Below, piece by piece: positions 38,990 through 48,790 of a stretch of 64,000 nt of DNA; within the stretch, counting starts at the first letter, position 1, and the number at the start of each line of letters is the position of its first letter. The position numbers were made by a program, and so were the translations under genes. The DNA comes from Ignavibacteriota bacterium. GTDB lineage: Bacteria; Bacteroidota; Ignavibacteria; UBA10030; UBA6906. The notes beneath the pieces were generated by a model that saw nothing but the letters and a program-made list of their open reading frames with translations, was not told the DNA's origin and made no database searches. The stretch is taken from positions 1,728,001 through 1,792,000 of the forward strand of contig CAWDEM010000008.1 in NCBI GenBank assembly GCA_963801355.1, read 5' to 3'.

Positions 38990-40530
38990 CAGCGAGGCTT
39001 CTTCAGACGGACCTCATAGAGGTCGGTCCGCCGGTCACGCCAGTTCAGGACCGTCCCGCTCTGCCGGTGGCGCTTGAGCAGTTCCAGGTCGATATCATCG
39101 ACGATCACTGTCTCGATGTTCGGGGTGGACTCGGCGATAATCGCGTCGCGTGAGAAAGGCAAGTCCGCCGGCGAAAAAATTCCCGATTGCGCATACTGGA
39201 CATCCATGTTTTCCACGGAAGGCAGATTCCCCACCGTTCCCGCAATGACAACATAGACGTGGTTTTCGATGCATCGTGCCTGCGCGCAATAGCGCACCCG
39301 CAGATATGCGTAACGTTCGTCGGTGGCGAAGGGGACGAAAATGATCTGTGCTCCCTTCTCCACCGCAAGGCGGCTCACTTCGGGGAATGCAATGTCGTGA
39401 CCGATCTGAATTGACACCTTGCCCTGGTCTGTGTCGAAGACTTCAAGTGCTTTCCCCGGTTCCACACCCCACCAGCGCTGTTCATCCGGAGTGATGTGCA
39501 GCTTGTACTGCTTGTTGATTGTGCCGTTGCGATGAAACAGATAGGCAATATTGTAGAGGTGACCTCCCTCCACGTTGAACAAAGAGCCGGCAACGATATT
39601 GATGTCGAACTTAACGGCAAGTTTGCTGAAGAGGTCGAGATACTGCGGCGTGAAGTCCGAAAGTTGCCTGACGGCAAGCCCGGGGCGAACCGGCTCCGCA
39701 AACGAAAGAAGCTGCATCGTGAACAACTCGGGAAACAGAATGAAGTCGCTCTTGTAGTCCCCTGCGACATCCACGAAATACTCAGCCTGCCGGGCAAACT
39801 CCTCGAAACTCTTGATCATGCGCAGTTGATATTGCACGGCACAAATTCTGACCGCTTTTTCCGCGACGAATATTCTGTGGACGTCGGGCTGGTAGTCGAT
39901 ATTCGTCCACTCCAGCAATGTGGCGTATCCCAGCGACTCCTTGTCGGGCTCTAGATAGGCTTTGAGAAGGCGCACCAGGACGAACCCGTTGGCAAGCTGC
40001 GCGGTCAGAACGGGATCGACCAGCTGCTTGTTCATTACCTTGTCAACATACTGGCGGGCGGTCATCTGGTCTTTGTATTTATGATAACCGGGTATGCGGC
40101 CACCAAGCACTATGCGCATCAGATTCTTCTCCCGGGCAAGCTTTTTCCGCGCATCATACAAACGGCGGGCAAGCCGCATACCGCGGAATTCCGGGTCAAC
40201 CATGATCTCGATGCCGTACAGCGTGTTTCCTTCGGGGTTGTGATTGCGAATGTACCCGGCATCCGCAATCTCCCGCCAGTTGTGCCAATCCGCGTACATG
40301 GCAAAATCGAGCATCAGACTGCTCGAAGATGCCACAATACTTCCGGCATGCTCAACACAGAGCTGCCCCTCGGGAAAAATCGTCAACTGACTCTCCATCT
40401 GCTCGCGCGACCAGGGCTTCATACCGGGAAAACATTTCAGCTGTAAAGCCACGATGCGGTCGAAATCTTCCAGACAAATCGGACGGACTACGATACTCCG
40501 CTCAAATGTGCTCAGATCGATGTTGGGCAT
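38989..40530 (-). CDS. Bifunctional GNAT acetyltransferase / carbon-nitrogen hydrolase (catalytic Cys absent)
   Basis: [33 protein letters not shown]; nitrilase [23 protein letters not shown]. Confidence 0.92.
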   Translation of the reverse strand: MPNIDLSTFERSIVVRPICLEDFDRIVALQLKCFPGMKPWSREQMESQLTIFPEGQLCVEHAGSIVASSSSLMLDFAMYADWHNWREIADAGYIRNHNPEGNTLYGIEIMVDPEFRGMRLARRLYDARKKLAREKNLMRIVLGGRIPGYHKYKDQMTARQYVDKVMNKQLVDPVLTAQLANGFVLVRLLKAYLEPDKESLGYATLLEWTNIDYQPDVHRIFVAEKAVRICAVQYQLRMIKSFEEFARQAEYFVDVAGDYKSDFILFPELFTMQLLSFAEPVRPGLAVRQLSDFTPQYLDLFSKLAVKFDINIVAGSLFNVEGGHLYNIAYLFHRNGTINKQYKLHITPDEQRWWGVEPGKALEVFDTDQGKVSIQIGHDIAFPEVSRLAVEKGAQIIFVPFATDERYAYLRVRYCAQARCIENHVYVVIAGTVGNLPSVENMDVQYAQSGIFSPADLPFSRDAIIAESTPNIETVIVDDIDLELLKRHRQSGTVLNWRDRRTDLYEVRLKKPR

Positions 40531-40591
40531 GGCGGCACCTCTTTATTGACTCCTCTGCACGGACCGGACCCGACCGATATGCATAACCGTT

Positions 40592-41419
40592 CTATTGCTT
40601 CACCAACTCAACCCTGCGATTCTTTGCCCGGCCTTCCTCCGTCTCATTGGTGGCAATCGGAGCATACGGGCCCACCCCGTACGCTTTGAGACGGGAAGCG
40701 GCGACGCCATGGTGGCGTTCAAGCGCCTGCACGATCGCTTCTGCCCGACCCTGCGAAAGCTTTGTGTTGGCTTCCAGACCCCCAACGTTGTCCGTGTGAC
40801 AGACCACATAGAGGTGCAAGCCGGCATCACCCTTCAGGAGCCTGGCGATTTCAGCGAGAGCCGGATCCGATTCGGGTTTCATTTCGGACTTGCCGGAATC
40901 GAAGGAGATGCCATACACTGCAGCGTGGCCGGTGGTCTTGAGATTGTTCCGGAGTGGGTCGGTGTCGTCAACGACGTCTTGTGGCACGGCTTTCTTCTCC
41001 ACGATGATGAGGCCATACTTCCCCGTAACCTCCGCCCAGACCTCGATCCATACGTCCTTACCGTTCCCGGGCAACCTGAACGTCTCGCTGTTGTTTTTCT
41101 GGTAGAGTACCGTACCCCCAAGTTGGGCGACGCGCGTCTCAATATTCCGGAGGATCTGCATCTCGCTCGGCTTGGATTTGAGGGTGGCCATCGGATAGTA
41201 CTTGATTTCCCAGTACTGCCCTTCCACCTGCAGCGTCTTCCCCTCATCGATGGTGAAGACATGCGCGTTGAATTCCTTCTCCACACAGCTGTGAATCCAG
41301 TAATCGGGCATACGGGGGAAAAGCGGGTGGTCTTTGCAGCCCTGGCTGTCTTTCTGCTGTGCAGTGATTTGTGTTGACAGGCACAGGATGCCCAGCAGGA
41401 CATACACGCATCTTTTCAT
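40592..41419 (-). CDS. OmpA family protein with N-terminal periplasmic domain
   Basis: Signal peptide, KDHPLFPRMP, YGISFDSGKS, CHTDNVG, LSQGRA, NRRVELV. Confidence 0.9.
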   Translation of the reverse strand: MKRCVYVLLGILCLSTQITAQQKDSQGCKDHPLFPRMPDYWIHSCVEKEFNAHVFTIDEGKTLQVEGQYWEIKYYPMATLKSKPSEMQILRNIETRVAQLGGTVLYQKNNSETFRLPGNGKDVWIEVWAEVTGKYGLIIVEKKAVPQDVVDDTDPLRNNLKTTGHAAVYGISFDSGKSEMKPESDPALAEIARLLKGDAGLHLYVVCHTDNVGGLEANTKLSQGRAEAIVQALERHHGVAASRLKAYGVGPYAPIATNETEEGRAKNRRVELVKQ

Positions 41420-41568
41420 CGACGGTCTCCCTGGCAATCAAAAGTTGAGTAAAGGGTGCAGAAAATGCAGAAGGAATGGAATCGTGCTTCTAGATGTTAC
41501 AACAGTGAAGCGGGATTGTCAAGAAGAGTTGTCGCCTTCCATGCCTCTGTGATCGCCGGAGCATAAAT

Positions 41569-42738
41569 TCAGTGCATGTCGGCTATGTCGTACTCGCCCA
41601 GTTGCAGAGGATATCGGCCGTGCTCGCGGAGGAGCCGGACGACATAGTCATAATTCTCCCCGGACACGTTGCTCGGCACCGAGTGGTCCGATTGAGGTAT
41701 GTACCCCCCGCCTTTTGCTGAGTTCAGTTTGCTGAGCACCATCTTCTTGATTTCGTCCTGTGTGCCATGGGCCCAGGTGATGACATCCAGATTGCCGCAG
41801 AACCCGATAGTGTGCCCGTACTGACGTCGCAATGCGATGACATCCATCCCTGCTTTGGCCTCAAGCGGGTTGTAAGCGTCCACCCCGATTTCGATGAAGT
41901 CTCCGAAAATTCTCCTCACGTTCCCGCATCCGTGATAGATGACGGGGAGTCCGTGGGAATGGCATTCCTCGACGATCGCTTTGACGACGGGTTTGAAGCA
42001 TCGCCGCCAGTACTGCGGGGAGAAGAATATATCCCTTGTGTACGCGACATCGCCCCAAATGACCATGCCGTCCAGCCTGCCCCCTGCCGCCTTTATCTGC
42101 GCTTGTGTGATACCCACGGCAAACTCGCCGATCCGTTCGATGAACTTCGCAACCTCGTCGGGATAGAGTCCTATCCAGAGCATCACATTTTCGGACCCGA
42201 TGATGCGCCACAGTGTCTCCTGCGCTTCACACACGCTGCCATACACGGCAAAATCCGGGTAGAGCGACTTCACGGTATCCAGCCATGGTGCCGAGTTTCT
42301 CGCAAAACCGTCCCCGACCCCGGCAACCTGGTTGTCGCCGGCACTGAAATATCGACGGGCGTCCCACGGATCATCGAACAGGAAGGACTCCATTTTCTCG
42401 AGCGTGTCGGTCTCGAATCTCAGAAAGGCAGGCATTGGATCGGCAAACTGCTTTCTGATCACCGCTTCAAATCCTGTGCGAAGAACCACATGGTCGGGTG
42501 ATTCCTCGAGCATCTGGAACTGCTTCACGTGCGGATCCATGTTAGGGACAGTCACCATCCAATCCAGGTCATAATACGCATAGATATCCGCATCTTTTCC
42601 CAGACCCAGTTCGCGACGCCAGCGATCGACAAAACTTCCCCAGAAGAAATCACTGACAGGCACCCGATCCGCCTCCTGGTGACGCAGAGTCCGGTTCATC
42701 CTCCTGACCTTTGCGTGACAATTCGGCGTCCGTTCCAT
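41569..42738 (-). CDS. Uroporphyrinogen decarboxylase (URO-D/MtaA-like) family protein
   Basis: ADRVPV, WGDVAY, YHGCGN, YNPLE, GNLDV, GGGYIPQSDHSVP. Confidence 0.88.
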   Translation of the reverse strand: MERTPNCHAKVRRMNRTLRHQEADRVPVSDFFWGSFVDRWRRELGLGKDADIYAYYDLDWMVTVPNMDPHVKQFQMLEESPDHVVLRTGFEAVIRKQFADPMPAFLRFETDTLEKMESFLFDDPWDARRYFSAGDNQVAGVGDGFARNSAPWLDTVKSLYPDFAVYGSVCEAQETLWRIIGSENVMLWIGLYPDEVAKFIERIGEFAVGITQAQIKAAGGRLDGMVIWGDVAYTRDIFFSPQYWRRCFKPVVKAIVEECHSHGLPVIYHGCGNVRRIFGDFIEIGVDAYNPLEAKAGMDVIALRRQYGHTIGFCGNLDVITWAHGTQDEIKKMVLSKLNSAKGGGYIPQSDHSVPSNVSGENYDYVVRLLREHGRYPLQLGEYDIADMH

Positions 42739-42900
42739 GGTGTTTTTCCGTGGGTTTAATGTGAGTCGTCTGCTGGAATTTCTGGAATCGCCTTGAGGAG
42801 ACTCCAAACCACAAGATCTGAAGAGCAATATAGGAGGGAGTCTGGTGAGTTACAACTCGTAAGCGACAGCGGATCCCTTCATGAGCGAAAGTGAATCCCT

Positions 42901-43551
42901 TTATAGGAGAAAGCGGATCCCTACCGAGACCGGCAGGATGATGGCCGAACGCGTCGCCCCTCCGATATACTTCACTACAGAAGGGAAAAACAAACCTGAC
43001 ATCTTCAGCGAGGCAGCAAGACCATCGTTAAAGATTCGCATATACTCTACTCCACCCTGCACACCGAAGCTCACCTCACCGAGAAAATCATAGGGGTAGG
43101 TCCGCCTGCCGTAGGTCTCCTCGCCATGCGCAAGAAGAAGGGCGGGACCGACTTCGAACCGGATGACATCAGGGCCGCCCACCATGATGTGCGGCCGAAT
43201 GAGTATGGCAAAGTGAACGAACGACCCGGACACGCTTATCGTGTCCCCTTTCTTCAATGCATATTCCTCCCATGCGCTGCCGTTCAGCGGGGAGTATCCC
43301 CCTTCGACGCCGAGGGTCCAACGATTGGCAATCCGGAAATCCAGGTCTCCCTCGAATGCGATGCTGGCGTCAAAAAGGTTGACGGATGATGATACCGGAC
43401 TATTCCGCCAATCGCCCAAAGGTTGGAAGTAACTTGCACGAAGCCCGAGGGAACTCCTCGCAGAGTCAGCGCCGGTCTGCCCCCGGAGGTCCAAAGGAAT
43501 TGCAGTAACGCAAAACAACAGCGCCGATATAGCAACTCTGTTTGCTCGCAT
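42901..43551 (-). CDS. Outer membrane beta-barrel protein
   Basis: Signal peptide, alternating beta-strand pattern, C-terminal VSVGIRFLL. Confidence 0.7.
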   Translation of the reverse strand: MRANRVAISALLFCVTAIPLDLRGQTGADSARSSLGLRASYFQPLGDWRNSPVSSSVNLFDASIAFEGDLDFRIANRWTLGVEGGYSPLNGSAWEEYALKKGDTISVSGSFVHFAILIRPHIMVGGPDVIRFEVGPALLLAHGEETYGRRTYPYDFLGEVSFGVQGGVEYMRIFNDGLAASLKMSGLFFPSVVKYIGGATRSAIILPVSVGIRFLL

Positions 43552-43565
43552 GGCCTCCCCCTGCA

Positions 43566-44042
43566 TCAATTCTGTTTCAGGTCAGACTGCGTGACCACCC
43601 ATTGGACTGGATCGGCTGTTTCCGTCACGGTCGCTTCCGTCGATGAATCGCAGTCGTTGCCCTGCTGATTGCAGGTGCTCGCGATATCTTCGGAACTCGT
43701 GCTGGTCCTGTGGTACACAATCTCGAACGATTTCGAGGCACTCCCTTTGACACCCTGGCCGGGCGAGTAGCGGACATCGACGACAATATTCGCGAATCCA
43801 TCCGCATTGTGGTTCACCACCGCACCCGGCGGGATGTAGACGGAGGGTTTGTTGTTGATCACAGCGTGGAGGTAGTAGGATGTTCTGTTCACCAGTGTGA
43901 ACGTCGCGCCCTCCGCGCCGAAGGAAAATGCGTAGGGCCAGAGAACGGCCACTCCCGCGATGACGTAGGACGCAGTCCGGATGCGTTGCCGCCAGACAGT
44001 ATTCCCGGCCGAATTCGCCGGTACGAGCCTGCTCTGTCCCAT
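43566..44042 (-). CDS. Hypothetical exported protein
   Basis: AGGAGG RBS, hydrophobic N-terminal segment, small beta-rich domain with a Cys pair. Confidence 0.65.
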   Translation of the reverse strand: MGQSRLVPANSAGNTVWRQRIRTASYVIAGVAVLWPYAFSFGAEGATFTLVNRTSYYLHAVINNKPSVYIPPGAVVNHNADGFANIVVDVRYSPGQGVKGSASKSFEIVYHRTSTSSEDIASTCNQQGNDCDSSTEATVTETADPVQWVVTQSDLKQN

Positions 44043-44075
44043 GTTCGCCCTCCTGTACCTTGACTCAGAGAGACA

Positions 44076-44182
44076 CTAGCGCCGTTCCAACAAGATGAAT
44101 GTACAGAGCATCACAATTTCAGTGGTTGGAACGAGCACTGTGCCCCTCGTTATAGTGAATCAAAGAGTTGGAGGGGCACTAG
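44076..44182. mobile_element. MITE-like dispersed repeat, copy 2 (107 bp, CTAG at both ends)
   Basis: Left CTAGCGCCGTTCCAAC versus reverse complement of right CTAGTGCCCCTCCAAC (13/16); two internal hairpins; homologous to 1..76. Confidence 0.72.
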
Positions 44183-44244
44183 CTTGTGGGAGTTATGATC
44201 GCAAAACATACCCTGAGTGTTGTCACGAAATCGTCAAGAATGCG

Positions 44245-46098
44245 TCACACATACCCCGCCGCCTGAAGCCGGAACAGCTCCGCGTAGCGCTGCTTCCGCT
44301 CCAGAAGCTGCTCATGCGTCCCATCCTCCTCAAGCTGCCCGTTGTGGAGCACAAGGATCCTGTCCGCCATCCGGACCGTCGAAAACCTGTGGGAGATAAG
44401 GAGCGCCATGCGTCCTTTCGTCAGGTCGCTGAACCGCTGGAAGATCTCATACTCTGCCCGTGCGTCGAGCGACGCCGTGGGTTCATCGAGCACGAGCAGC
44501 TGCGCATCGCGCATATACGCCCTGGCGAGTGCGATCTTCTGCCATTCGCCTCCGGAGAGCTCTATCCCACCCTCAAACCGCCTACCCACCATCTGATCGT
44601 AGCCCCCCGGCAGCCGCTCGATGACCGCGTCAGCAAGGCTCTGGTTCGCTGCATGCACAATACGCGGACGATTGTCAGCCTCTTCGATCAACCCGATGGC
44701 GATATTCTCCGAGGCGGTCATCTGATAGTGAACGAAGTCCTGAAAAATAACGCCGACATCGCTGCGAAGCTGCTCGAGGTTGTACTCGCGCAAGTCATGC
44801 CCATCCAGCAGTATCCGCCCCTCCGTCGGATCGTACAACCGCGTGACCAGTTTGATGAATGTTGTCTTGCCCGAACCGTTCTCCCCCACAAGCGCAAGAC
44901 GCTCGCCGGGCCGGATGACGCAATTCACGTTCCTCAGGGCCCAGCGGTCGCTCTTCGGATACTTGAACCCCACATTCTCCAAACGAAATCCTTCACCTAT
45001 GGGCTGCGGGAAGGGACGGGGATTCTCGGGGGATTTCACGCGGGGCTCGATTTCAAAGAATTCATACAGGTCGCTCAGATATAGCGCACCATCTGCAATT
45101 TGCGTGAAGCGTCCGAGGACCCCTTCCATCAGCGAGCGTAGCCGGCTGAACGACCCCGAGAGGAACGTCAGGTCGCCAAGGCTCAACTGTCCACTCACCG
45201 TTTTGAGAATGATAAGGATATAGGCGGCGTAGTAGCCGCCGCTTCCCACGATGGCCAGCACACCCCCCCAGCCGGCACGCCGGATGGAGAGGTCGATGTT
45301 TGCCCGCGTGAACCGGTCGGCCAGCGTCCGGTATCGCTCCCGGAGAAAGCCGGACAGGCCGAAGATCTTCAGCTCCTTGGCAGTCTCATCGCTTGCTCCC
45401 GCATAGCGCAGATAGTCCAGTTGCCTGCGCTCGGGCGTCCACCTGTGCATCAGGGCGTAGCTCCGCGCGTTGAAATGTGACTCCCCGAGGAATGCCGGAA
45501 CAAGTGCAACGAGCAGGAGCACGATCAACCAGGGGTTGAACGCTACGAGGCCGGCACCAAGCGCGATGATTGTGACGAGGTCCTGTACCTGACCGAACAC
45601 CTGGGACATGAGCACTACGCGGCCCGATGTCTGCCTGCGGGCCCTGTCCAGCCGGTCATAGAATTCCGAATCTTCGAAATGATACAGGTCGAGTCTGGCC
45701 GCATGATCCATCAGCTGGAGGGAAGTTGCATTCGAGAAGAGGTCACCCATGATGGCGTCGACCAGCGCGACGGCACGTCCGAGCAGGTCTGACACTACCG
45801 CAAGGCCAAACTCTGCGGCCACCAGCATCCAGAGGTGGCGCGTGCTCCCCGATGCGCCCACGAGCCGGACCACCTCGTCGATGATGAGTTTACCGACATA
45901 GAGCGACGCCAGGGGCAGCGTGGCCCGGATCCCCCTGAGAACCAGATTGGCCACGGTGAGGAGGGGGCTGACCTGCCAGACCCTTTTGAAGAATTCCGGG
46001 AGATGGCGGAATGCCGTCAGGCGTTCGCGCAATGATACGTCTTGTGCAGGGGGACCCTCGCCGCTGATGCCGCGTCCCGGTCCAGATGACTTTGACAT
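44245..46098 (-). CDS. ABC transporter permease/ATP-binding protein
   Basis: TM domain, GENGSGKT, LSGGEWQKIALAR, LDEPTASLD, SHR. Confidence 0.96.
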   Translation of the reverse strand: MSKSSGPGRGISGEGPPAQDVSLRERLTAFRHLPEFFKRVWQVSPLLTVANLVLRGIRATLPLASLYVGKLIIDEVVRLVGASGSTRHLWMLVAAEFGLAVVSDLLGRAVALVDAIMGDLFSNATSLQLMDHAARLDLYHFEDSEFYDRLDRARRQTSGRVVLMSQVFGQVQDLVTIIALGAGLVAFNPWLIVLLLVALVPAFLGESHFNARSYALMHRWTPERRQLDYLRYAGASDETAKELKIFGLSGFLRERYRTLADRFTRANIDLSIRRAGWGGVLAIVGSGGYYAAYILIILKTVSGQLSLGDLTFLSGSFSRLRSLMEGVLGRFTQIADGALYLSDLYEFFEIEPRVKSPENPRPFPQPIGEGFRLENVGFKYPKSDRWALRNVNCVIRPGERLALVGENGSGKTTFIKLVTRLYDPTEGRILLDGHDLREYNLEQLRSDVGVIFQDFVHYQMTASENIAIGLIEEADNRPRIVHAANQSLADAVIERLPGGYDQMVGRRFEGGIELSGGEWQKIALARAYMRDAQLLVLDEPTASLDARAEYEIFQRFSDLTKGRMALLISHRFSTVRMADRILVLHNGQLEEDGTHEQLLERKQRYAELFRLQAAGYV

Positions 46099-46123
46099 AA
46101 AGATCCTTGAAAGATCAATCCGG

Positions 46124-48707
46124 TTATTGGGCTTTCATCGCTCCCCAGTGAATCGCATTGAACAACAGTTTGAAAGTCGATTCCGTCTGGGCGCGTTGTT
46201 GGACGCGAAAGCCGAGCAGCACGATTTTCCCTTTTCCCCGGGTGAACGCCACAGCGGCCGCCCTGCGTTCCAACTTGTCTGCTCCGTCAATCCATCCGGA
46301 CATCAGCATGTCCTTTTCGTCATCCGGGTACCAGACAAGCACGTGACGCGTGACGTCCGCCGCCGGAGGAATCGTCCGAAATGCCATGCGCTGATTCACG
46401 AATGCGGCGATTTCTTGAGGCATGCCGTACGCCACGGGGTGGGTGGCATCAACGTATGCCCTGATGAGGGAGCCGGGACAATTGAATTCTTCGCGCTTCA
46501 ACTTCGCCAGCGCGTTCGCCACCGGTATGTTGAACTCATCGATGACAAAATCGCACGCGGACGCCAGCGCGACGAGCGTTCCACCCTGCTCGACAAACTC
46601 CTTCAGGTTCTTCACTCCTTCCTTGCCGATCCCGCCCGAATACTCCGGCGGAAAGTCGACGAAGTATTTTGACTCGCCTTCTTCCGGCTTCCGCTTCCCG
46701 TCCACAATCACGTCTTTGGAGATGTCCGGCAGGACGATAACATCGAAGGAGGCGGTGAGTTTCTTCTCCTTCATCTCTTTTGTGCTGATGCTCTGGAGCG
46801 GGAAACGATATTGCTCCAGCAGCCAGCGGGTCCAGCCTTCGTCCATGGAAGCCGTCCAGGGTTTGTACATGCCAAGCCGGAACCGCTGGAGCTTCTCCAG
46901 CGGGACGGCGATCGGCTCGCGAAGTCCGACGAGCCGCAGGCCGTAGGTCTTTGCGATCGCAGCAGGGTCTTTCACCTTCTCGAGCAAAAGGGCCCCTTTC
47001 ACAAATGTTTCGCCACCAACCTTGACATCGGCGGCGGTGAGACTCACACTTCCCTCCGCCTGCACCAGATCGTTGACCAGCCGCGATACCGCATTGCGCT
47101 CATGGGAAATGATAAACTGGCTGGCATCCGGATTCTCGACCGACCCCTGAGGAATGTCGGTCCCGTTTACCGGTCTGAGCGTGGCCCGTGCGTCGCTCCC
47201 CCGTGTGACCTTCTCAACGGTCACGCCCATCATCAGCGGGAGGGACCAGGCGGTGACGTCATATGGCGGAACGATGTCCGGACCTGGCACGGGTTTCACT
47301 TCTGGATACCGTTGCACGCCGAGCATCTCGTTGACGAATCGCGCCATCGGCTGGGCAGTCGGGATAAAGAAGGCGTTTTCCGTCTCGTGGAAGAGCACCT
47401 CGGCCCCGTTCTCACGCAGAAGATGCGCCAGATGTGCCGCTGAATGCGGATCCCGTTGATGCAGTGCAATGCGATAGAACAAATCCGACGAACCGAGCTT
47501 GACTGCATCGAGTGCCATTGAGGCAGCATCGCGGAGGATCTCCGCCCGATGGTCGGCGCATGCCTCGAGCAGCGCGTCAGAGGCTGCGCGCTCATAGTCC
47601 ATGATGTCACGGAGGCGCCAGACCCCGCCGGGCCACGGGTTCGGAAAATTCGCCTGCTGTGCGTATTCGATCAGTCCTTTGGTGTCTCCTCGCAGCTCTC
47701 CGGGGACGATGTCCACAGGAGTCGCCATCTGCGTCGACGCCGCTTCGGTCAGCAGGCCGCAGACGTTCTTCCAGCACGCGGTCCCCTCCCCTCCGCCCGG
47801 CCAGTACGTGTCGTACATCGCACCGTAGACCACTCCGGACTTTTGCTGCTCTTCGAGGCGCCACGCCATAAGCGTTCCGATATTATCCACAATCCGCCAG
47901 ACAAGGGGATGAACATTCAGCGCGACCGGATTCGTGTGGGGCGGAACAAAGAGCCTCGGTCCAGTCGACCCCATTTGGTGTTCGTCGAGCCAAACCTGCG
48001 GGTGCCATGTGTGATATGCAGCCTTGTTGACCGCCTGCGTCTCCTTCTGCGTCAGCATATACCAGTCACGGTTGTTGTCGTGCCCCACATACGGATGATA
48101 GAGCCAGGGCATCCGCCCCCCTTCGTATTTGGTCCCGACATACTTGCGGTACCAGTCGACAACCATTTGCTGGCCGTCGGGGTTAAGTGAGGGGATGAGG
48201 ACAAGAATGACCTCGTCGAGACGTCGGAGCGTCTCTGCATCCCGGGCAGTGACCAGATCGTGGGCCCACTCCATGAACATCTGTGTCGCACCGATTTCCG
48301 TTGAATGGCTGTTGCAGGTGACCAGCACGATCGTTTTTCCACTGCTCACCAGGTTCTCGATCTCCTGAGGCGCAAGTTCCGCGCGGGTCGGCGAGACGAC
48401 GGGCGATATCCTGGTACGTCTTCTTGTTCTTGACGTTCTCTTCGGACGAGATCACCGCGGCGATCAGATCTCTCCCCTGGGTCGTCGGTCCGAGGTGCTC
48501 CACCTCGATCCGTTTCGAAGATTTTGCGAGCGCGTCGAAGTACGATGCGATCTGGCCATAGTCTGCAAGTACCCGGTCTGCCCCGACAGTGAATCCGAGA
48601 AATTGCGTGGGACTCTGGATCTGGACCGGTTGTGCATGAAGCACGGATGCAACGACGGTCAGGATGGCAATGGTTCTGAGAACAAAAGACAGGCAGGGTG
48701 ATTGCAT
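46124..48707 (-). pseudogene. M14 zinc carboxypeptidase family protein, split by a +1 frameshift near 48377
   Basis: The signal-peptide ORF ends ...LADPRG. Removing one base restores LAPQEIENLVSSGKTIVLVTCNSHSTE, followed by NPDG, HDNNRD, DEHQMG. May be a sequencing error. Confidence 0.85.
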
Positions 48708-48729
48708 ATGGGTTCCTCTACTCAGAAGG

Positions 48730-48765
48730 AAAAAGTGAGCCCCATGCAAGACGGACATGGGGCTC
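48730..48765 (-). terminator. Rho-independent terminator after the T9SS-cargo gene
   Basis: GAGCCCCATG-9nt-CATGGGGCTC followed by ACTTTTT on the minus strand. Confidence 0.75.
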
Positions 48766-48790
48766 GGGGGAAAAGAGACGCGTGCTCGGT

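Noticed and set aside
40785-40810. OmpA motif CHTD instead of GHTD
   Set aside because: Single substitution; the peptidoglycan-binding Asp and Arg are retained.
41569-42738. hemE or a corrinoid methyltransferase system
   Set aside because: Lacks the HemE RQAGR motif and has no adjacent corrinoid protein; left as a URO-D family protein.
44076-44182. Riboswitch upstream of 43566..44042
   Set aside because: No recognisable aptamer consensus, and the second copy has the opposite orientation relative to transcription.
44095-45084. 329-aa plus-strand ORF, and similar long antisense ORFs such as 5674..6672 and 23502..24368
   Set aside because: Antisense shadows of well-supported genes in GC-rich coding DNA; no motifs of their own.
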